A DNA stretch of 64,000 nt from positions 6,634,001 to 6,698,000 of the forward strand of contig OZ024755.1 in NCBI GenBank assembly GCA_964016885.1, read 5' to 3'. This document shows, in pieces, positions 56,073 through 64,000 of the stretch (position 1 is the first letter of the stretch; each line of letters begins with the position of its first letter). The translations under genes and the position numbers were made by a program. The DNA comes from Eledone cirrhosa. Lineage: Eukaryota. Under the pieces are notes generated by a model that saw only the letters and a program-made list of their open reading frames with translations, made no database searches and was not told the DNA's origin.

Positions 56073-56617
56073 TTTTAAAGGATGCAGTGTCTCGACAGCT
56101 AACAACTGGTGCAGGTAGTTTGTTCCATGGAGGTTTTAAAGGATGCGGTGTCTCGACAGCTAACAACTGGTGCAGGTAGTTTGTTCCATGGAGGTTTTAA
56201 AGGATGCAGTGTCTCGACAGCTAACAACTGATGCAGGTAGTTTGTTCCATGGAGGTTTTAAAGGATGCAGTGTCTCGACAGCTAACAACTGATACAGGTA
56301 GTTTGTTCTATGGAGGTTTTAAAGGATACAGTGTCTCGACAGCTAACAACTGATGCAGGTAGTTTGTTCCATGGAGGTTTTAAAGGAGGTAGTGTCTCGA
56401 CAGCTAATAACTGATACAGGTAGTTTGTTCCATGGAGGTTTTAAAGGATGCAGTGTCTCGACAGCTAACAACTGATGCAGGTAGTTTGTTCCATGGAGGT
56501 TTTAAAGGATGCAGTGTCTCGACAGCTAACAACTGATACAGGTAGTTTGTTCTATGGGGGTTTTAAAGGATGCAGTGTCTCGACAGCTAACAACTGATGC
56601 AGGTAGTTTGTTCTATG
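56073..56617. repeat. 61-bp minisatellite, ~9 copies, from LINE coding sequence
   Basis: Unit ttttaaaggatgcagtgtctcgacagctaacaactgatgcaggtagtttgttccatggagg shifts by 1 base per 60-base line. Confidence 0.95.
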
Positions 56618-57044
56618 TTTCAGCAACTCTGAGCGTTAAAAAATGTTTCCGAAAGTCATGGGAGCTGTGCTGTATATGTCTTGCTGTATTCGTTCTTGTT
56701 GTTTGAGTTCTGAGTTCGAATACAGTCAAAGTCAGTTTGCCTTTCATCCTGCCGCAGTCGATAGAAAAGTACAAAGGAAGTAATGAGATCGATATAATGA
56801 GATTTCTCTTCCCTACTAAAGTTGCTGATTTTGTGCTTATGATAGAAACCTTTATATGGTGGAGGAGGGAGTACATGTAAAGATCAAATTGAAAGAAGAC
56901 GAGGATGGGGAGAATAGATAAAAGACGGATGAGATCAAATAAATCCTGAAAGAAGAGATTTTGAGTCTTTGGATACTGAACATGGCGGAAAGAATGCGAC
57001 TTGCTACTGATTAAATTGAGAATAAAACGCTGTAGGTAATCTGG

Positions 57045-57503
57045 AGTGGACCACAGTCGGTTATGACGAGGACTGTTCTAAATGTTTGACCAACGGAATT
57101 GCCTGTCCATGAAATTAACGCACGAGTGGCTGAGCATTCGATGAATGCACGTGTTCCCTTGAATTTATTCTTATGGAGATTCAACGTGACACAGCGTATG
57201 ACATGGCTAGCGCTTTGAATTACATCTATAGTTTATTGTTGTCCAGTTGAATGGACTGGAGCAACCTTAAATATAATTGTTTCTACTTTTGGCACAAGGC
57301 CAGCAATTATACCAGTACATTACTGGTACTTTTTTTATCGACCCCGTAAGGATGAAAGACAAAGTTAATCTCGGCGGGATTTGAACAAATATCAATAATT
57401 GTTTCTACTTTTAGCACAAGGCCAGCAATTATCCCAGTGCATTACAGGTATTTTATTTTATCGACGCCGTAAGGATGAAAGGCAAAGTTAACCTCGGCGG
57501 GAT
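57045..57503 (-). mobile_element. SINE S2 body interrupted by two truncated S1 3' halves
   Basis: S2-like 57045-57268; S1 halves ~57272-57385 and ~57395-57503. Confidence 0.75.
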
Positions 57504-59402
57504 GCCTCGTTGAAGGAGACTACGCTACACTGGAAATCAAACTGATGATCTTATGGTCAGCCATGATAAAGCAGACATAACGAAAGTCATCTCAGGCTTA
57601 GCCATCTCATCTTTAATATTTCTAGTACTAGGTTATCCAATCTGTACGTACCTTGGATTAAGAGATTTGGGTGCAGATTGTCAGATATTTTACTGCTATT
57701 TCTAGAAGATATTATGACCATATAGAAGCTCCTTCATTTGGTTGTGTTATTTCTTTTGCTGGTTATAGCAATGACTTATACTGTTGTTGTTACTCTCTGT
57801 CAATCTATAGATGTTACTACAGATATATAATAGGAAATCGAAGAAAAAATTATTGATAAGATAAGAAGAAATATATCAATCAATCCCTTCATACGGGGTT
57901 TGATTTCCTGATAAAATGCCAAATACTTCAAACACTCATTTGCTGTACCTATTTACCGTGTGTAGGCAGACGATCAAAGATATTGCTCGAGATACTTTCA
58001 AAATATTCCACTATTCCGTTCTTTTTATCCGTATAAGACCACGAAAATAATTTAACTCTTAAAGGCCTGTACCGAATGAAACCGCATGAGCAAAACACTT
58101 TTGAAGTGTATAAAACAACACTACGATTACATCACATTAAAACTTAATCTTTAGTCGAATACATTATATCTTAAAATGAGATGGGATTATCATGCTGGAA
58201 TGACTTTGATCATAGGTAAATATAGGGATTAAATAAAAGTAATATTAACAACATATGGTCGCTTAGAATATTGGATCTATGGTTCAACTCAGTTTCTGAA
58301 TCTAGGAGAAGATAATACATACAAAATATAAAGGCGAAACAGGAAATTCTTGACCGACAGTATATACTCAAAATTGTCATCATGTAGGACACTGGACAAG
58401 AAACTGGACAAAGCACATTATACCACCTCCACTCGAGCATTCCCGCCTCACTCAGCTCTTCGTCTTGCATAATCTATATTACGTCCCGCCCCATTCCCCA
58501 ACCAGGTCCAGCACTAACCACTTCTCCATTACAATCCTTCATCCCCTAGAACGATATCCCTCTGGAATATAATCCTACATCAACAGCATCAACCTCTTTG
58601 GTCTTGGAGCCTTGTAAAAGACAAGGAACGGAGCCACTTACTCCAGGGCGAGTAAATATCTCCCTGCATGAGTTGACCTACACTAATTTAAACTAAACAA
58701 CAGCAACATAAATCTATCGGTCTCACAGGGTTTATAAGGGTCATTTTCACAGCCCCCTTCTTTTAGACCTAACACATGTCTTTCCTGCAAAGATACCGCA
58801 CCAGATAATATATTAGTTTTTTGGAAATATTTTAGCTGTGTATATATTTCTGTACATAAAAATATAATATATGTTTGGGTTTTGTAAATTTTCTTTTTGT
58901 TTTAACCTGAAGTTGGAAGCCATTTTGCGAGAGTTTTCAAAAGCTGAGATTTCAGAAAATGTATGTTTTCTAATTAAAAGAAAAATAGAGAATAAATTAA
59001 TAAAAACAACTAAAATTAAACAAAGATTAATAAATAAAGAAGGAAAAACAAAGAATTTTATAAATATAACTGAATCTGAAATACAAAAGCACACAAAGAA
59101 ATAGGTTAAAAAATAACTACTACTACTACTACCACTACTACTGCTGCTGCTGATGATGATGATGATGATGATGATGATGCTACTGCTGCTTCTACTACTA
59201 CTACTACTATTACCAAGAAAAGAAGAATATGATGGAGAAAAAGAGAAAAAAATATCAAAACGAATATAATTCACAAATCTATATAGCTACTTTATATACA
59301 TTCATACATATATACATATATATTCATATATACATACATAAATATATATGCATATATATGTCTATATATATATATATGTATGTACATATAACATTCAAGG
59401 TT

Positions 59403-59414
59403 AGGTAGTAGTAA

Positions 59415-59484
<70 letters not shown>

Positions 59485-59685
59485 TTGGTGCTGGTGCTGG
59501 TGGCGATGGTGGTGCTGGGGCTGGTGTGGGTGCTGCTGCTAATGGTGGTGGTGCTGGTGCTGCTGCTAATGGTGCTGGTGCTGGTGCTGCTGGTACTGGT
59601 GATGCTGTTGGTAGTGGTGCTGGTGATGCTGCTGCTGCGTGTGCTGCTGGAGGTGCTGGTGGAGGTGGTGGTGGTGCTGGTGGGT
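59403..59685. repeat. (GTA)n followed by a (GGT/GCT) array
   Basis: Direct reading. Confidence 0.95.
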
Positions 59686-60268
59686 ATTTGTGCTTGCGGA
59701 GGACATTTTTACAAATATTTTTCTCTTAAACTATTTCTCTTATTTTTCTTAGCTTAATCATTCATCTTGTTCGTTATTCTTTTTGTGTGTTTCGTTTTGT
59801 TCTAGCTTTTGTTTATTGTTTGTTTTGTTTTGTTTTGTTTATTGTTTGTTTGTTTTGTTTGTTTGTTTTGTCGTCTACCATCTGATAAAAACTACATAAC
59901 ACTGCAATATATGAGAACAAATAAGAGAAGTTTACGAGAAACATTTCTCGTCAAAACAGTACACCGTTTACTTTATAGCTGTACCCCTGGCACTAACTCT
60001 ACATTATCCAACTTCTCTTTTCCATTCTTTGCATGGCTAGCGAGTTTGTGAGTGCCGTGGAGTTTTATGATGCACAGACATGCACTGAGTCTTTGAAATT
60101 TTCAGAAAGTTCTGGACACTTACGGTGTGTTGTCGCCCTTTGTGATTTGCCTTTGATTCTTTGAAGGTCGATAAATAATATACCAGTCTACTACTAGAGT
60201 CAGTTCTTCCTCCTCTCGCTCTTTCACTGTGTTAGGACCGGGAGAAGCAATGGCTCCACTAGGTTTAA

Positions 60269-60488
60269 CCCTTTAGCATTTACATTACTCTATATTTACA
60301 ATTGTATTTTCGTAGTAAAGGCTTTATCTGACATAGTCTCTCACAAAATAAAGAAACTATGAAATTTTGATATTATTCATTTTATGGACAATACTTTAAC
60401 GTAAATTTGAGCGGCCAGTTACGACCGGTTTGAACAGTAAGAGGTGAGAGAATTCTGACCTGATACGGCCAGTTTAAATGCTAAAGGA
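60269..60488. mobile_element. piggyBac-like MITE
   Basis: TTAA|CCCTTTAGCATTTA ... TAAATGCTAAAGGA|TTAA: terminal inverted repeats with TTAA target duplication. Confidence 0.8.
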
Positions 60489-61957
60489 TTAAAATATCAG
60501 GAGTTAAGGACTATTTGTTTTAATTTTACAATGTATCTGTCGGTTCTCTTGGGCTATATGTTCGCAGTATCCATCCAAAGGTTACTCAGAACTTTATGTG
60601 TTCATCGTTACCAAGAGATTCGATGTTCTCGGTCTCCAAACTGCTGTTTTACTCCTCTAAATAGAGAAGAGGGCATCGTCTGGGGAATGAGCTCTTTGAG
60701 GTAGAACGACTGATACGAGAGGTATCTTTGGTTGTTCTCAGTGACAATGTTTTTATCATATTTTTCACGAGTCCAACTGAGATTTACTTCCCAATCAAGG
60801 GTTGGGTATAGAGTTTACATCTTCCCCCTATCACCTCTCTTCTCTTTTTTTTTATTTGTTCCCTTCTTTTAGCTATTTTTCTGCTAACCATGGTCGTATC
60901 GAACTTGCAACTTTACGATTGTAAAGTAGCAAACACCCGCTTCAAGACACGGTGTGATACTAGATATTGTCATTAGTGGGAACTACAACACGTACTATAC
61001 ATATATTCTCAGTAAGCCACTAGTTTGTTATTATAAATATATATTCTAATGTTATGTCATATCTATGCCTTTACCGATTTCTCTCTATCGTTTATTTTTA
61101 ACAAAGTTAAGCTTTACCGGCTAGATAGTGACATGAATGGTATTCCTACAATGGGTCTAAAAAAACATCTGACTGATAAAATGACAAGTCAGTCAACTAT
61201 ATTGGTGGCCTCCCCACAGCCCCGGCGGACAGAATAAAGAAGGCGTTTCCCCGGAGAACGGCAAGGGAGACGCGCTGGAAAAGACATTCCAACTCGCGAG
61301 ACTAGCACCTGCGGCTGGCCAGCTCAGCGCTTATGGTGGTGAGTAGGGAGATATCCCTAGGGCCGAAGACACCAGAAGTCTCCACTGTCAAATGTACAAC
61401 TGCAAACATGTCGGAGAGCGACCGGATAAGCCCTCATATCATGAACATAGAACCGAAACTAAAAACTGAAAATTTCTCCGAGATTTTCAATATATCTTGC
61501 ATAACAATAATCTTGAAACATTTTTGCATATCAATCGATAGTAATTTTATGCTCGGCGTTATTCATTTGTCGTATTGCTGTCTGATCTCATCTATTATAT
61601 ATGAAGTTGTGAGGACTTAAATAGAAGCGTTTAGCACGCCTTCTTTTGCTTTACTTCATCATGCAACCATATTAATGTATGTGTGAGTGTGGGGTGGCTG
61701 TGGCTGTGTGTCGATATGTTAAGAGAGAGAAAGACTGACTGAGACGGGAAAAGAACATACATAATATATAAAGAGAGTTATATAGAAGTGTACTTTATAT
61801 ATGTGTGTGTGTGTGTGTGTGTGTGATATGTATATATAGAGATAGATAGATAGTTAGATCGACCGATATGTACGTTATATCTGTTTGTAATATATATATA
61901 TAGATAGATGTGTGCGTTATATATGTGTGTGTAATATATATATGTGTGTGTGTATAC

Positions 61958-62059
<102 letters not shown>

Positions 62060-62231
62060 CTGTGTGCGTGTTTATTACGTTCAAAATACCACCAAATGAA
62101 GAGTGTATTCTTAGCCGTATGAACTGTAAGGTTTGTAGCTGGCAACAATGTAATTATTCACAGAAGATGGAGAAAAGCTGAACAGAAAAACTGAATGTTG
62201 AGTTCTTTCGTTCCTTGTATGTGTTTTTTTG

Positions 62232-62308
<77 letters not shown>

Positions 62309-62764
62309 ACATATAATATATATAAACATACTCACATATGTATAGAGTGAGAGCGAGAGAGAAAGAGAGTGATAAAGAGAGAGAGACATGCATTTATGTG
62401 TATGTGTGTCTGTGTGTGTGTGTCTGTCTGTCTCTGTGTGTGTGTGTGTGTTTTATTGTTGCCTTTTTATCAGAAGAGATTTCACGATTTAACATTGACT
62501 GCGTTAATGGAACGATCATTTTTGTTATAACCCATTAAAGATATATATATATATTCTGTGGTTTACATTTAATTTTCTAGTGCTGCAAAAGATGAGAAAT
62601 TGAAAGGGTTCACGCGATAAGAATACGACCTTCCATTACCATTTCTCACATTAAACATCTTTTACACCAGAGTAAAATGGTCCAATCTGTGGAACCATCT
62701 GCTCATGAAATTATAGTGTAAAAGACCACAAAATCATATTATAACCTTGACAAAATGCTCAGGG

Positions 62765-63050
62765 AGTTTCAGAGAGAATCGTTAGGATGTAGGGTAATTG
62801 CTTTTTCATTGAGTTCAAATCCTGCCGAGGCAAACTTTGTGTTCATTCATCGACAATCAATTAAATAAAATATCTGTTAAATGTTGATGCAAACATGTAC
62901 AACTTTCGACTCTCTTCCAAAATTTGCTGGCCATTCGTTTAAACTGAAACCGGTTTTATTATTATGTTTAGTAATGCACTGGGGTCGATTTAATCGATTT
63001 TCCCCTCCCCAAAAATTGCTGGCCTTGTGCCAAAAGTAGAAACAATTATT
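62765..63050 (+). mobile_element. Degenerate SINE S1 plus S1 3' fragment
   Basis: gagttcaaatcctgccgagg...; agtaatgcactggggtcgatttaatcg...ggccttgtgccaaaagtagaaacaattatt. Confidence 0.75.
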
Positions 63051-63537
63051 ATATGTTTAGGACTTTACAGCCAATTATAGCTAAGCCAGGAGCCTTCAGT
63101 AAACTACATACAATAACATACAGACATACTTATAGGAACTATAAAATAATCCAGTCTATCATTAAAAATCAATAAGTCGTTTATGAAACTGAAGTGTTCT
63201 GCTGAATTGCATTTCCTAAATGAAACTGTCTGTCAGTCGAACAAGCAATCCATTAAAAATTATAATAGGTGAGACACATATTTTCTGAAAGAAATTCTTT
63301 GATATTTTTTTCAAATGAATAATTACATGTTATTTTGTCACGTAGGAATAATTTATTTAGTATGGCATCATAATCATATTAAGGTGGAGAATTAGCCAAG
63401 TCGTTAGAATGAGGAGAAAATTCTTTGTGCTATTCGATCTGTCTGTGTTCAGATCTCAACGTGAGGAAAATTTACCTTTCGTCTATTCGAGGTCGATAAA
63501 TAAAGTAGTAGACAAATATATTAGTTGATCATCATCA

Positions 63538-63800
63538 TCTTCTTCTTCTTCTTCTTCTTCTTCTTCTTCTTTTTCTTTTTCTTCTTCTTCTTCTTCTTCT
63601 TCTTTTTCTTTTTCTTCTTCTTCTTCTTCTTCTATGCCCACTTATCCCCGAGAGGGTCCCGAGGCCAGTGTCCTCAAGCACTCTTTCCAGCGGATCCTGT
63701 CAAAAGTAACCGACTCCAACTGAACCAGCTCGATCCGCAAGCGAGACCAGAACCAGTCAAGCTCATGGATGTGATCCAACCATCTTGCTCAGGGTCTTCT
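63538..63800 (-). mobile_element. RTE (Expander/Rex3-like) LINE 3' end with (GAA)n tail
   Basis: Minus strand RP*ARWLDHIHELDWFWSRLRIELVQLESVTFDRIRWKECLRTLASGPSRG*, then about 30 GAA units. Confidence 0.75.
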
Positions 63801-64000
63801 TCATTGAAAGATCCATTGAAACTATGTCCTTAAGGTCAAACAATTGTATAATATCGATCCCACTTCATTTAGATAATCTAATTGAAGCGAAATCATGTTT
63901 TTCTATATTTAGAATGTGCTGCGTATATACAGAAAACTTCTATGTGTAAGTCTATGCACGTTGTGCTATTTTGCTATACATTAGATACACACACACTCAC

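Larger units (their letters stand above)
55673..56672 (-). mobile_element. 5'-truncated CR1-like LINE 3' end with nested SINE and internal minisatellite
   Basis: Minus strand QHSSHDFRKHFLTLRVAET(W)NKLPASVVSCRDTASFKNSMFPEIRQHYT*, the CR1 'HFF..RV...WN.LP..VV......FK' motif. Confidence 0.8.

Noticed and set aside
57535-57600. CTGATGA...GAAA hammerhead-like match
   Set aside because: No stem I pairing, and the CTGATGA lies in a degenerate SINE head; likely chance.

Overview
This is AT-rich, microsatellite-dense animal (eukaryotic) non-coding DNA, most likely an Octopus intron or intergenic region. That assignment rests on my recognition of the SINE motifs, not on a database search. I found no host protein-coding exon I can support, and almost every ORF in the track is a translation of (TA)n, (CA)n or trinucleotide repeats. 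The window holds more than 30 copies or fragments of tRNA-derived SINEs, several 5'-truncated LINE 3' ends (RTE and CR1/Jockey-like), DNA-transposon MITEs (pogo/Tigger-like, piggyBac-like, hAT-like) and three minisatellites, two of them made from retroelement pieces. The main discovery is about 12 type I hammerhead-ribozyme folds plus several half-cores, from at least 7 unrelated sequence families. Nearly all lie in short islands (about 150-450 bp) within or beside (TA)n tracts. The islands share a layout: hammerhead, AT-rich linker often with a poly(A)-like signal, a YGAGYRC-type motif, then the (TA)n junction, often with an inverted fold-back arm. This looks like a diverse population of Penelope-like (PLE) pseudo-LTR or retrozyme-like non-autonomous elements associated with TA microsatellites, some with non-canonical catalytic cores. 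All folds were paired by eye and none has been tested for activity.
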